A program made the translations under genes and the position numbers. Under the pieces are notes generated by a model that saw only the letters and a list, made by a program, of their open reading frames with translations, did not search any database and had not been told where the DNA came from. 64,000 nucleotides of DNA from an uncultured virus (IMG/VR IMGVR_UViG_3300033630_000015) (taxonomy: Duplodnaviria; Heunggongvirae; Uroviricota; Caudoviricetes), in the IMG/VR virus record IMGVR_UViG_3300033630_000015; one strand, written 5' to 3'. Numbering within the stretch: the first letter of the stretch is position 1; every line of letters begins with the position of its first letter. This document shows, piece after piece, positions 38,046 through 48,226 of the stretch.

Positions 38046-39497
38046 ATGATAACAGGAATTGAACCTTTCAATGTCTTGCCCAGTTCGATAGTAGCCAATG
38101 ATAGCTTTTATAGCGATTCTGATCTTTGGAAAGATCCTGTTATCAATGGAACGACGTTTACCCGATCAGATGGCTGGATGGTTGCTGCGCATGGCGTAGG
38201 CGGCGGCACTGGCATATCTTATCTTCAGGCCAATCAGAGATTCGGAACTCAGATGTCGTTTGAAGTTATCATGAGTCTATATGCATTTGATCCTGCCAGC
38301 AATAACCAAATTTCGGGTATCAGATTGTGGGTAGACGACGATAATTGGTTTGTTCTCGGTGCAGAAATCAACGCTGGAAACCAATCCGCAGCAATGCTTA
38401 GGTACAAAATTGCAGGAGCCGAAAGTGTTGTTCATTTTCCCGTGAATGGGGCAGATGCAACACGCAGCAACCTTGATGCGTATCGTAGACATTTCAGGAT
38501 TGATGTACTGAATGATCACCTAGTGATATACGTCAACAGTGTCAAGCGATTTGATCTAAAGGCAAACGCGGTTCCACTACTGAATTATTACTTCGAACTG
38601 ATTGCTGGGACAACCGACGATACCAAGGCTTTTCAGGCGCATTTCCGGGATGCTGTATATCGAAACCACATAACGACCCCGGAAGTTTACCCGGCTAAAA
38701 CAGGCGGGTCAATAACCCTGAGCGATACAACCCCATCTGAACTGATCTTCACGGATGAAATATCAGGAAATCTCTTCGAGCTGGTATTGAGAGCAGATCT
38801 TGACGAGGCCTACATAAACCAGGCATGGGTGCTTGACTCACCCGCAACCTATGATGACATAACATCAGAATGCAATGATTTGACGACTGGTATGGCCGTT
38901 TTACTACCAGCTGTTCCTGCTGCTGATGATGCGGTGATCTTAGGCGCATCTGAAAAATTTGATCATGTGGACGTATATATGGACGGCGGAGTTTCCAACA
39001 TAGACAATGAATTCAATGTATTATATTGGAACGGCGCTTCCTGGGCAGCTCTAGCTGTCACCGATGGCACGAATGGAGGAGTTGCCGGGAGGACCTTCTA
39101 CGAGAATGGGCGGATCACATTTGCGCCACCTGCTAATTGGACAGCAATTTCCGTAAATGGCGTTAGCTGCTACTACATAAGTATTCATGTTGTAACAGCC
39201 GGTTCGAGTGTTCCCGTAGCCACGCATATTCAGTTGGGTTTAGTCAGCCACAGTGGATTCGACCATGCAGCCGCATTCCTGAGTACGCTTGAAGTAAAGA
39301 TGTTCAAAGGCTTTACTGGTATTGGATATACCCGGTCTTATATGGACGCAATGTCATACCGGCAGTGTGTGGGAGAACGCAATGTTGAAATCAATGGCTG
39401 GAGATGTGATGGAGATGCAAAGATAACGTTCCAACTCTCGGAAACTCCCACGAAGCCGGTTGTTATACCATATTACGTATTCACCAGGAGGCTATAA
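38046..39497 (+). CDS. Lectin-like (ConA/LamG-type) beta-sandwich virion protein
   Basis: HFRIDVLNDHLVIYVNSV; YWNGASW..VTDGT..GRITF motif typical of spike proteins. Confidence 0.6.
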   Translation: MITGIEPFNVLPSSIVANDSFYSDSDLWKDPVINGTTFTRSDGWMVAAHGVGGGTGISYLQANQRFGTQMSFEVIMSLYAFDPASNNQISGIRLWVDDDNWFVLGAEINAGNQSAAMLRYKIAGAESVVHFPVNGADATRSNLDAYRRHFRIDVLNDHLVIYVNSVKRFDLKANAVPLLNYYFELIAGTTDDTKAFQAHFRDAVYRNHITTPEVYPAKTGGSITLSDTTPSELIFTDEISGNLFELVLRADLDEAYINQAWVLDSPATYDDITSECNDLTTGMAVLLPAVPAADDAVILGASEKFDHVDVYMDGGVSNIDNEFNVLYWNGASWAALAVTDGTNGGVAGRTFYENGRITFAPPANWTAISVNGVSCYYISIHVVTAGSSVPVATHIQLGLVSHSGFDHAAAFLSTLEVKMFKGFTGIGYTRSYMDAMSYRQCVGERNVEINGWRCDGDAKITFQLSETPTKPVVIPYYVFTRRL

Positions 39498-39499
39498 AA

Positions 39500-41236
39500 A
39501 TGGGAGTAGTTGCCGCTCGTAGCGCCGGAAAGGTGGACAAGTTATCAACTCGCAGGATAGACGAAACGCTATACATCGGCAACGTTAGTGGTCTGGCCAG
39601 AAACCAGATCATTAACCTCCATCCCATCACCCGCATGGAAAAAAACCCAGCTCAGCTCATGGCCACTGTCATGGCCGATCCAATAGGATCGATGGTGGGT
39701 AAATGGGTTGAAAAGAAATCTGGCATCAGCGGAGTCCAAACTTGGGCAAAGCTGGAAGGCATCACCTCTTCAATAAGTAGCCGAGACATAATGCTGCTCG
39801 AAAGCTCAAAAGATTTTAGGAAAGTGCGCGACGTCGGGGTATTTAAAACACCTGGCGAAATAATGAATGAGGATACTAAAATTGCAACAACCGGGCTGGG
39901 AGTGCAGTCTATAACCGTGGCAACTGATGTTGAATTTTATGAGGGAACATATGGGGGTTATTCTTTATATCCACATATTGGAAAACATATATACATATCG
40001 CCAGAAGGCAGAATCGGGTTATTTGTTTGTATGCAATATGGGGGTACTTTATCTCCGGTGGGAGTATATATCTATTCGGATGATGGCGGCAAAACATGGA
40101 CCTGGTATAGAATTGATTCATCAACTGACAACCCACAGACACAGGGATCGTTTTGCGCAGATGCATACGGAAATCTTCATTTCGTATGGAGAGAAGATAT
40201 TAGTACCACTGACGACGTTAGGATAAAATATCGAAAATATAATGCCACGACAAAAACATTTGGGAGTGTCCAAACGATAAGTACAGCAACCGGGGTTAGA
40301 ACAATATGCCCAATGATTCAACCCACTCCCATGGGCGACTCTGTCGAAATAATGTGGGAAAGCACCGGATATGCATCAGACGTTAACTATCCCCAGCTTC
40401 TTCTACGCGGGGTAAATGCGGATGAAACATTGGGAACGCTTTACCAATTGACCACAGATGGATCTATAACTCATCGATATATTTATCATTCATTTGATTA
40501 CGATTCGCAGGGATATCGTCATATAATGGCCATAGCTAAATGTGATACCGTCAATCCGGATCTCGGCAATCTTTGGTACATTCGGCAAACATCTGACGGA
40601 TGGCAGCCCAAAGTAGCATTGAATACGGATGCCGGTGATGTAAACGCGCTGCATTACATGTCAAATATTTTAATCAATAAACATGATGAAGTCTATTGCG
40701 CATATGCTATCGGGCCATTTGATGCTGTCAGCAAGCGTCCATTATATATTAAACAAATAAAAAATGGTGTAATCGGACCAAGAGTAACTGTGGAAGCAGG
40801 TAACCCGAGTCCTGGCGGAACTTATCCAAATATTCAGGTAGATTCCGATGGCCGAATCTGCGTAGTGTATGCCAGCAATACAGCTCCTGATACATATTCC
40901 TTGCGATCTTTAAATCGGGCTTTAACCGAAGTTGGAACCAGAATCGTCATCTACACGTTAGCAGCTGGCGATGAAATGTCCTATTTCCACATCCCTTGGA
41001 GCATACCACCCAATGTCCAGGGAGTCAATCCAAATGTCCCATTGCAGGGAATGACCATGGTGATGGCCAAACATAACTCTGCAACCCCTGAAAAGGTGGA
41101 CATACAGATTCATCATACTGGAAATAGTGTATTTGGAGCACCAGCAACGCCCAGTAAAATATTGACCAAATCATACAACATCAGAGGTATAGCCAGTAGA
41201 ACTAAGTTCAACGCAGGGTTCAACCCGGTGATCTAG
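39500..41236 (+). CDS. BNR/Asp-box beta-propeller (sialidase-like) adhesin
   Basis: YSDDGGKTW Asp-box; repeated D..G.LH.VW blades. Confidence 0.75.
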   Translation: MGVVAARSAGKVDKLSTRRIDETLYIGNVSGLARNQIINLHPITRMEKNPAQLMATVMADPIGSMVGKWVEKKSGISGVQTWAKLEGITSSISSRDIMLLESSKDFRKVRDVGVFKTPGEIMNEDTKIATTGLGVQSITVATDVEFYEGTYGGYSLYPHIGKHIYISPEGRIGLFVCMQYGGTLSPVGVYIYSDDGGKTWTWYRIDSSTDNPQTQGSFCADAYGNLHFVWREDISTTDDVRIKYRKYNATTKTFGSVQTISTATGVRTICPMIQPTPMGDSVEIMWESTGYASDVNYPQLLLRGVNADETLGTLYQLTTDGSITHRYIYHSFDYDSQGYRHIMAIAKCDTVNPDLGNLWYIRQTSDGWQPKVALNTDAGDVNALHYMSNILINKHDEVYCAYAIGPFDAVSKRPLYIKQIKNGVIGPRVTVEAGNPSPGGTYPNIQVDSDGRICVVYASNTAPDTYSLRSLNRALTEVGTRIVIYTLAAGDEMSYFHIPWSIPPNVQGVNPNVPLQGMTMVMAKHNSATPEKVDIQIHHTGNSVFGAPATPSKILTKSYNIRGIASRTKFNAGFNPVI

Positions 41237-41599
41237 ATGCCCCCTGACAAAGAACGTCAATTGAAGGCACTGCGAGAGATGCTGGATGGGATTTACTTAG
41301 ATGCCACTCAATCACATGCTACCGGAACGGTACCCTGCGATTTAACCATAATTTTTACAGCTTTGGCATCGCTTACAGTAAGTTATGATGATGTAAAAGA
41401 AGATGTCCGATCCTTGAAAGACAGCATGGCTGAGGTACAGACCGGATTGCACGAAATAGCAACAACCATAAAGGTATGCGACGCCGCCGATCAAGGTAAA
41501 AAAGCCGCATGGACAGCAATAATTGCATTTGTATCAGGCGGACTTGGAGTAACATTGATAAAATGGATATTGGATACATACTTAAATAATGTGATATAG
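41237..41599 (+). CDS. Coiled coil + C-terminal TM protein
   Basis: Heptads followed by AAWTAIIAFVSGGLGVTLIKWIL. Confidence 0.6.
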   Translation: MPPDKERQLKALREMLDGIYLDATQSHATGTVPCDLTIIFTALASLTVSYDDVKEDVRSLKDSMAEVQTGLHEIATTIKVCDAADQGKKAAWTAIIAFVSGGLGVTLIKWILDTYLNNVI

Positions 41600-43987
41600 G
41601 TGATATGCATGAAAAGACCAACCGCTAGACAATCTGCCTGGCAATGGCAAGAAAGAATAGGCATTGCCGATAGGAAAACACTAGACGGAGACCAATCTGT
41701 CTATTTCAATCGTCTGATGGATCTTGGCGACCCCATAGAACCGTACGACGTTGCTCATAAAAAGTATGTAGATGACGCTCTGCTGCATGCTGGAGGGGGC
41801 GGTGGAGAAGAGGTGATGATTGAGCATTTGGCAACTTTTGATCACCCCGCCATCCATCCCAGCAATATCGTAGACGGAGACCCAGTAGACGTTACTGGCC
41901 GTGATATTGATGATATCCTTACCTGGAATGGAACTGCATGGGTCCCAGTTTCGCCGCCAGTCTCAGTTGTTGGAGAAAATATAAATGATGTTCTCACTTG
42001 GAATGGAACTACATGGGTTTCTGCTCCCCCTGTGGCTGCGGGGGGAATACCCGATTTTGACATAGCTGTGGTCCTGGAAGGAACCACTATCAAAGTAGTC
42101 AACAATGAAGGAGATGTTATCGACACCGGTGTTCTTGGAACTGATGACACGGATTGTTTCGATACCGCAGTCGCAGCTTGCCCTCATAATGGAATGCTGT
42201 ACATTGGCCCAGGGACATTCACTCTTAAAGCAAACAAGTTATTTTATTTAAACGGTGGAGATGAGGGCAGCGCTTCAAATCCATTCTATTATGCGATTGG
42301 GGTATTAGATGGAAAAAATATGGCAATTCAAGGATCTGGTATAGGTTCAACCATTCTTAAAATGGACGCCGGTCAACATTACGAAGATCATCACGCCGTG
42401 CTGATTCTCAACCGTGCCCATTGGTGGGATTACGGAGCGACAATGTTTGTTGTTTCCGACATGACATTAGATGGGAATAGAGCCAACCAAGCAGAATGGT
42501 ATTATGATGGCCCTGGATTGATATTAACAGGTAGCATAGCCAGCAACTTCCGATTCCAGCGTCTCTGGCTCAAAGATAGCTTCGGATATGGCATATATTG
42601 TGGAAATAATGGCAGCGGCCCCGTGGCCGGGTTGGTTTTTAATGACATACGTGCCACAAATTGCTACAAATCAGCGATAATGACCGATACGGTATGCGGG
42701 TTACTCATAAACAATTGTCTGATTGAAGATAGCAATGCTGGTATTGAATGTGTCGGCAATCAGCCTGATTACCTGACCCGTGCTAGAGATGCTATCGTTA
42801 TATCGGATGTCATCTGCTTCCGGTCTGGAATAACATTGTGGACAGTGAACGACGTTACCATGAACAGCGTCTACATGGATTGCACCGGGGCTCCACTTCA
42901 GTATGGTTTGTTAATCCATAGCGCAATTCGGGTAATGGTGAGCGCCAGTAAATTTATAAATAACACCAATTATAAGTATTCAACATTTATTGACGCGAAT
43001 ACTTATATGGAGGATGGTCCTTGTCAGGTGTTTTTCAACAACTGCAACTTCGAGGGGTCTCACGCTTTTCGTATTCTTGGGGAAGCCGAAGTTATTATGC
43101 ATGGCGGCCAGATCCAGGGATATAGATCTTGCGTTTACATGGTTGGCGAATATGAATCTCCCGTCGCTTGTAAACTCAGAATGAAAGGTGTCGAATTGTT
43201 GGCCTTACAACCTATTGGAGAAGATCCAGAGCCAACACTCTTACTTGATATCGCTTCCGGTGGATATGTTGAAATGGATCAATGTCATGCTCCAAAGGCT
43301 GGTTATTTCCAGCTTGCTGCTGGTGCTAATCATTTCATCCGTGACTCAACGGGAGTCGGGTTGGAGGGACACAATTCTCGGTGGAGAGTAGAAGAAGGAA
43401 CTTATGTGGCTACCCCTGCAAGTACTTCTACAATAACAACTACTATTGATAGAGCCGGAGCTATCATTATCGGAACTCCGATTTGTTATCAGATTGCCGG
43501 AGTCAGGTACATGGGCATCGTTACGAATGTCACAATCGATACCATCACAATTGCCGGGGCACCTCTTACTGGTGACATTGAAAAACTATTCATTGGCGTT
43601 TCCGAGATGGTCGGGCAGGCTGATTATGTTATTCCTGGGGCGTTTTCGGCAATTGCTGAGGACGAGCTAATAAAAACCTTCCAGAAATCTCATAGCGTCT
43701 GGAGAGGCCGCCCTGCATATCTGGTATGGATTGGTAACATTGTTCAGGTTCTTGATTCAACCGTGCAGCCCAAGATTAACGTGACTATTAATGGGAATGC
43801 CGTTTCTACTGACAACGGTGGAGATGGAATTGCGGTTGGAGTAGTTCTTCAATCAACATCTGTGGGGATCAACCCCGCGACTTATAAGATTGAAAACGGT
43901 GATGTTATCGAGGTTACCACAACCCAGGGTGGTACTGGTGATGCGTCTGATCTTACGGCATTCTTGACGTTCGTATCGGAGAGTTGA
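41600..43987 (+). CDS. Tailspike-like beta-helix receptor-binding/depolymerase protein
   Basis: DVAHKKYVD and two LTWNGT.W repeats; GPGTF..IQGSG..TILK..LDGNRANQ beta-helix. Confidence 0.8.
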   Translation: MICMKRPTARQSAWQWQERIGIADRKTLDGDQSVYFNRLMDLGDPIEPYDVAHKKYVDDALLHAGGGGGEEVMIEHLATFDHPAIHPSNIVDGDPVDVTGRDIDDILTWNGTAWVPVSPPVSVVGENINDVLTWNGTTWVSAPPVAAGGIPDFDIAVVLEGTTIKVVNNEGDVIDTGVLGTDDTDCFDTAVAACPHNGMLYIGPGTFTLKANKLFYLNGGDEGSASNPFYYAIGVLDGKNMAIQGSGIGSTILKMDAGQHYEDHHAVLILNRAHWWDYGATMFVVSDMTLDGNRANQAEWYYDGPGLILTGSIASNFRFQRLWLKDSFGYGIYCGNNGSGPVAGLVFNDIRATNCYKSAIMTDTVCGLLINNCLIEDSNAGIECVGNQPDYLTRARDAIVISDVICFRSGITLWTVNDVTMNSVYMDCTGAPLQYGLLIHSAIRVMVSASKFINNTNYKYSTFIDANTYMEDGPCQVFFNNCNFEGSHAFRILGEAEVIMHGGQIQGYRSCVYMVGEYESPVACKLRMKGVELLALQPIGEDPEPTLLLDIASGGYVEMDQCHAPKAGYFQLAAGANHFIRDSTGVGLEGHNSRWRVEEGTYVATPASTSTITTTIDRAGAIIIGTPICYQIAGVRYMGIVTNVTIDTITIAGAPLTGDIEKLFIGVSEMVGQADYVIPGAFSAIAEDELIKTFQKSHSVWRGRPAYLVWIGNIVQVLDSTVQPKINVTINGNAVSTDNGGDGIAVGVVLQSTSVGINPATYKIENGDVIEVTTTQGGTGDASDLTAFLTFVSES

Positions 43988-45660
43988 AAATGCTTATCCG
44001 TAGACATTTCGTACCGAGTGCGGGGGTACCAGGTAATTACCCCCCTGTATTGACCAGTTTTGTACCCGACTTAGCCAGTCCGCAGACCTCGGGTGCAACC
44101 ATAAAATTTACCGCGAGTGCAACAGACGTTGAAAGTGATCCTATCGAGTACCGGTTCTATTTAGACGGTGTTCCTCAGACAGAGTTTTCATCAACCAATT
44201 ATTGGGAATGGGTAACGGATGAAGATGACGTAGGTCCGCATACTGTTACTGTGTATGTCCGAGACAATAATCACAGTCCAACCGGAGACGATTCAGAAAC
44301 TGTAGAATATACAGTTAATTCTGTTTATGGATATTATGCAGTATATCCACAGGCATTCGATGAAACCTATGTTAAAACCACTAACCGGTGGCTAGAGTTT
44401 GAAGGGTTTAGAGCAATTGATCCATCTCTTGCATTGGATGGTGGACGTTATCTAAATAGTTGGCTTACCAATGATGGATACATAGGTTCCCAAAGGCTTC
44501 ACGTAGAATTTACTAGCGCCAGAGTTGTGAAAAGAATTATATATTGCAATTCACATAATGACGGTTACGAAACAAATGTTGGTGTCAAGGATTTCATTAT
44601 CCAAGGAACCAACAATGCCGCTGCCTTTGCGAATCTCACATATGCTGATGATACCAACTGGACAACCATTCCCACCGACGTTTCGGCCATGGTTAAGCAT
44701 CCAGAAGGCTACGATGGAGTGATCTGGAATACCATCAACCTTACAAATGATACCGCATATAAATATTATGCCATAAAATGTGCAAATAATCATGGCAATA
44801 CACATTATATTGGTATCAGGCGATTGGAGTTCCAGATTCTTTCTGTAGATAATTTACCACCCACCATAACCAGCCTAACACCAAATCTGGCTAGCCCGCA
44901 ACCAGCCGGCGCAACAATTACCTTCACAGCCGCTGCTTCAGATCCTGAAGGTGATGCTCTTCAATATCAGTTTTATGTTGACGGGGTCGCACAAACCGGA
45001 TTCGGAAGCAATAGTTGGGCATGGGAAACAGATGCTGGCGATATTGCTGCGCATACTATCAGTGTGAAAGTCAGGGATAATAACAATAATCCATTCGGAG
45101 ATGATACCGAGACCATCAATTACACCATAGTGACGCCACCAGAATATGTTGCGGTATATCCACCTGCCTATAACGAAACCTATATTAAAACCACAAACCG
45201 TTGGTTTGAGTTCGAGGGTTTCCGAGCGGTTGATCCCGCATTGTCTCTCAGCGGAGGACGTTATCTAAATAGTTGGCTCACGGAAAATGGACATACCGGA
45301 TCGCAGAGGTTCCATGTCGAATTTGCGTCAGCACAGGTGATTAAAAGAATCGAATACTGCAATTCACACCACGATGGCTACGAAACAGATGCCGGTGTCA
45401 AGGACTTTACAATACAGGGATCAAATAGTGCGACTGCATTTGCAAATTTGACCTATGCTGACAATACTGATTGGACTGATATCACAGCCAATATATCTTC
45501 TATGACCCAACACACTGAAGGCTACGACGGGGCCATATGGCGCATAATCGAATTAACAAATGATGTGGCCTATAAATATTACGCAATAAAATGCGCAAAT
45601 AATCATGGGGATGGCAATAACATAGGTCTCAGGAGGGTTGTATTCAAGAAATTGGTCTAA
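43984..45660 (+). CDS. Adhesin with a duplicated [Ig/PKD-like + discoidin/F5-8C-like] unit
   Basis: Two highly similar ~270-aa units (ASPQ..GATI.F.A.A.D.E.D; VKDF.IQG.N; YKYYAIKCANNHG). Confidence 0.8.
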   Translation: MKMLIRRHFVPSAGVPGNYPPVLTSFVPDLASPQTSGATIKFTASATDVESDPIEYRFYLDGVPQTEFSSTNYWEWVTDEDDVGPHTVTVYVRDNNHSPTGDDSETVEYTVNSVYGYYAVYPQAFDETYVKTTNRWLEFEGFRAIDPSLALDGGRYLNSWLTNDGYIGSQRLHVEFTSARVVKRIIYCNSHNDGYETNVGVKDFIIQGTNNAAAFANLTYADDTNWTTIPTDVSAMVKHPEGYDGVIWNTINLTNDTAYKYYAIKCANNHGNTHYIGIRRLEFQILSVDNLPPTITSLTPNLASPQPAGATITFTAAASDPEGDALQYQFYVDGVAQTGFGSNSWAWETDAGDIAAHTISVKVRDNNNNPFGDDTETINYTIVTPPEYVAVYPPAYNETYIKTTNRWFEFEGFRAVDPALSLSGGRYLNSWLTENGHTGSQRFHVEFASAQVIKRIEYCNSHHDGYETDAGVKDFTIQGSNSATAFANLTYADNTDWTDITANISSMTQHTEGYDGAIWRIIELTNDVAYKYYAIKCANNHGDGNNIGLRRVVFKKLV

Positions 45661-45684
45661 GTTGCAGAAATATTGGAAAAAAGT

Positions 45685-45918
45685 TTACCCCTTCTTCGGG
45701 GGTAAACACTTCAACTCAAACTCTTCTCCCAGGTCCAAAGTGTCCAGGAGTTCTTCAGCCAGCTCCTCGTCGGGTCCGGTGATGGTTAACGTGGCCTTGT
45801 ATCTCCCAAGACCATTTTCATAGAGACCCTGGCACTTGACCTCGAACGTCTTTTTGGTTTCACCCGAAGAAAGAAGCTTGAGAGGCTTCGGACCAGCAAC
45901 TATGGTTGTTATTTTCAT
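45685..45918 (-). CDS. Hypothetical protein
   Basis: Start coupled to the MC1 stop. Confidence 0.6.
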   Translation of the reverse strand: MKITTIVAGPKPLKLLSSGETKKTFEVKCQGLYENGLGRYKATLTITGPDEELAEELLDTLDLGEEFELKCLPPKKG

Positions 45919-46355
45919 TATTTAGTCCCCGTTATAGCCAGTTTCAGGGCAGTTTCGTGCAACGGGACCCAAACGCTTCCCATCTTAACAGCAGTTGGAG
46001 TTGAGACGAGATCATTCATCCACTCTGGATCAGACTTTGTTTTGGGTCTAGTAACCCGCCCACCCTTGAAATAGTGGATCTTTACGTAAGTTGTCTTTTC
46101 TTTCTTGCGCACTATGACCTTTCTCTTCCCGGCCTCACGAAGAAGGATATCAACTACCCCCCGATTTGCAGCCTTTAGAGCTGCCTGACGAGGTGCCCGG
46201 CCAGTGTACTTGCCGATTTCACTGGCATCCCAACTCAAAAGGATGAAATTTCTTTTCTCGGTCCCTTCAATCTTCTTCGTCTCGGTCTTTACTTTTTTGA
46301 CAGGCTCCTTCTCAACGGGAGCCTTTTTTACCTTCTTTCCGTTCTTCTTCATCAA
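45918..46355 (-). CDS. Non-histone chromosomal protein MC1 homologue
   Basis: RNFIL..EIGKYTGRAPRQAALKAANRG..LREAG..KIHYF..PEWM matches the Methanosarcina MC1 signature (RNFVL..FTGKQPRQAALKAANRG..LRERGTKKVHVF..PAWMP). Confidence 0.9.
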   Translation of the reverse strand: MMKKNGKKVKKAPVEKEPVKKVKTETKKIEGTEKRNFILLSWDASEIGKYTGRAPRQAALKAANRGVVDILLREAGKRKVIVRKKEKTTYVKIHYFKGGRVTRPKTKSDPEWMNDLVSTPTAVKMGSVWVPLHETALKLAITGTK

Positions 46356-47806
46356 ACCACCAACTTTATTGCAGGTCCGTTTTTATCAACGGTTACCTCG
46401 AATATCTTTTCTCCCCAGGCATGGCTTCGAAGTCTAAAAACTTGGAACGCTGCTTTGGAACCCTGCGGGGAATCCAATGACTTTTTGGACAATAATAGTG
46501 CTCCTGGAATAAAATTGCTCTTATCCCCAAATGGCATGCGATGATCGCCTTTTTCCTGGGACGAGGACTTGCCAAACTCTGATTGTGGCTGGTTTGTGAC
46601 GAAAGCTATGGACTTGTTGAGATAGGTCCACTCCTTCAATACTCCCAACCACTTGATTATGTCCAGAAGCGCGCTCCCTCTATCGTGGGCGCTCATCGCC
46701 GAGAACTTCCTCAACACTGGCATACCAACGCTGTCCACAATAATGACATCGGCCTTGATTGCTGGTATGTTCTTGTCGAAGATTTCGTCAATCTCCTTGA
46801 GAACCGGGGTATAATGATAATTTACTCCCAGATTTCTCAACATTTCGACATCTGGAGGCGATATATTATTTTCCGTGTCTAAATAATATACTTTTCTACC
46901 AGCCTCAGCACACTGTTTGGCCAGCGCCACCATTCCCTGCGACTTCATTGTCCCGGTCTCTCCAAAGACCTCCATGAGATCCGGCCCGAAATGAGCAATG
47001 ATCTGGTCAAAGATGCTTTCCTTCACAGGGGCCGACTTTGTTGGAGACGAAGCAGCAACCTTGGCCGGCGCGGTCTTGGCAACCGGAGAAGTAGGCTCTT
47101 TGACAGGCTGCCCGCCAAGGATTCGTATATAACCCGCTACCTCGGACAAAATCTCTCCGTTGGCAAGAACCTCGGCATCGCCAAACTCGCCTCTCAGAAC
47201 TAAATGATCGAGGTTTTCTTCGACAACTTCAAGTCCCTGTTTACTGCCTCGAAGTTTCATTAGCTTGTATATCTCCGGGAGAACTTTGCCAGTTTTATCA
47301 CACTCAGGCCGAAGATCCGGCAATTCTTCCTCTTCATCTTCGGTGGGAGCAGGAGGCTGTTCGACCGGGGCATCTGGTGGGTCATTCTGAGCTTTCTTAG
47401 CTCTTTCCGCATCTTCGGCGGCCTTCGTGCCTCTGGGAGCCCTTCTTGGTTTCGGAGGTTCCTCCTCTCCAGTCGGCAATTCTGTCTTTTCTGTTTTCGG
47501 AGGACGCCCGGCCTTCTTCTTTGGAGGTTCTGGTTCAGCAACTGGTTCGGAGGCCTTCTTATTGGCCTCTAGAGATGTTCTGAGATATCCCGAAAAATGT
47601 CGCCGAATCTTCGACAAGCGCATTATTTGGTCATCATCCGTTTCATCAAGAGGTTCTACTCTCTTGAGATTCGCTACCCCGTCCTTTTCCTCAAGGACAA
47701 TTTCTCCATCATCCGTAACAAACTTAGCGGCGGTATCAGTAAATTCTACCGTGACACCAAACTCGTCGGAATACCTGGAGATTATATCGACTAAATCTTC
47801 TCTCAT
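46352..47806 (-). CDS. RecA-superfamily (RadB-like) ATPase with a long acidic/Pro-rich N-terminal region
   Basis: EVFGETGTMKS, YLDTE, IIVDSV, VTNQ motifs. Confidence 0.8.
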   Translation of the reverse strand: MREDLVDIISRYSDEFGVTVEFTDTAAKFVTDDGEIVLEEKDGVANLKRVEPLDETDDDQIMRLSKIRRHFSGYLRTSLEANKKASEPVAEPEPPKKKAGRPPKTEKTELPTGEEEPPKPRRAPRGTKAAEDAERAKKAQNDPPDAPVEQPPAPTEDEEEELPDLRPECDKTGKVLPEIYKLMKLRGSKQGLEVVEENLDHLVLRGEFGDAEVLANGEILSEVAGYIRILGGQPVKEPTSPVAKTAPAKVAASSPTKSAPVKESIFDQIIAHFGPDLMEVFGETGTMKSQGMVALAKQCAEAGRKVYYLDTENNISPPDVEMLRNLGVNYHYTPVLKEIDEIFDKNIPAIKADVIIVDSVGMPVLRKFSAMSAHDRGSALLDIIKWLGVLKEWTYLNKSIAFVTNQPQSEFGKSSSQEKGDHRMPFGDKSNFIPGALLLSKKSLDSPQGSKAAFQVFRLRSHAWGEKIFEVTVDKNGPAIKLVV

Positions 47807-47839
47807 TGTGTTCCCTCACCAAATGCTTAAAAAAGAGAC

Positions 47840-48226
47840 TTATAAAGTTTTCGGCCATTTAACATAACTAGACCGTGGCTCAAAATACGAACATTCCATA
47901 GGATTACACAGACCACCTCTCTTGCATCTGAAAACGCCACCATCTGCAACCTGGTTGTTACAGGCTTTTACCGGACGTTTCAGAACCTTTATATGGGGAT
48001 CGATTTTCTGCGCGACGAGATCCCCTATTTCAGACCTTATCTCGCGCATGACCGTAACCGCAGCGGAATGCTTGCCAACTCTGATTCCAAGTGCAAGTAC
48101 CTCCTGCTCGCGATCTGTCAAGCCTTCGCATAATATTCTTGAAATGGATTGCGGAGATCCATCGCATTTTGCGAATCTCCTCATCCTATCTTCGACATCT
48201 ATTCCTGCGTCCATTGGCTCAGCCAT
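47840..48226 (-). CDS. Hypothetical protein with a C-terminal Cys cluster
   Basis: C..C..C..C at the C-terminus. Confidence 0.55.
   Translation of the reverse strand: MAEPMDAGIDVEDRMRRFAKCDGSPQSISRILCEGLTDREQEVLALGIRVGKHSAAVTVMREIRSEIGDLVAQKIDPHIKVLKRPVKACNNQVADGGVFRCKRGGLCNPMECSYFEPRSSYVKWPKTL

Noticed and set aside
43984..45660. DGR template/variable repeat pair
   Set aside because: Both repeats are in frame within one ORF, differences are not adenine-restricted, and no reverse transcriptase is seen.
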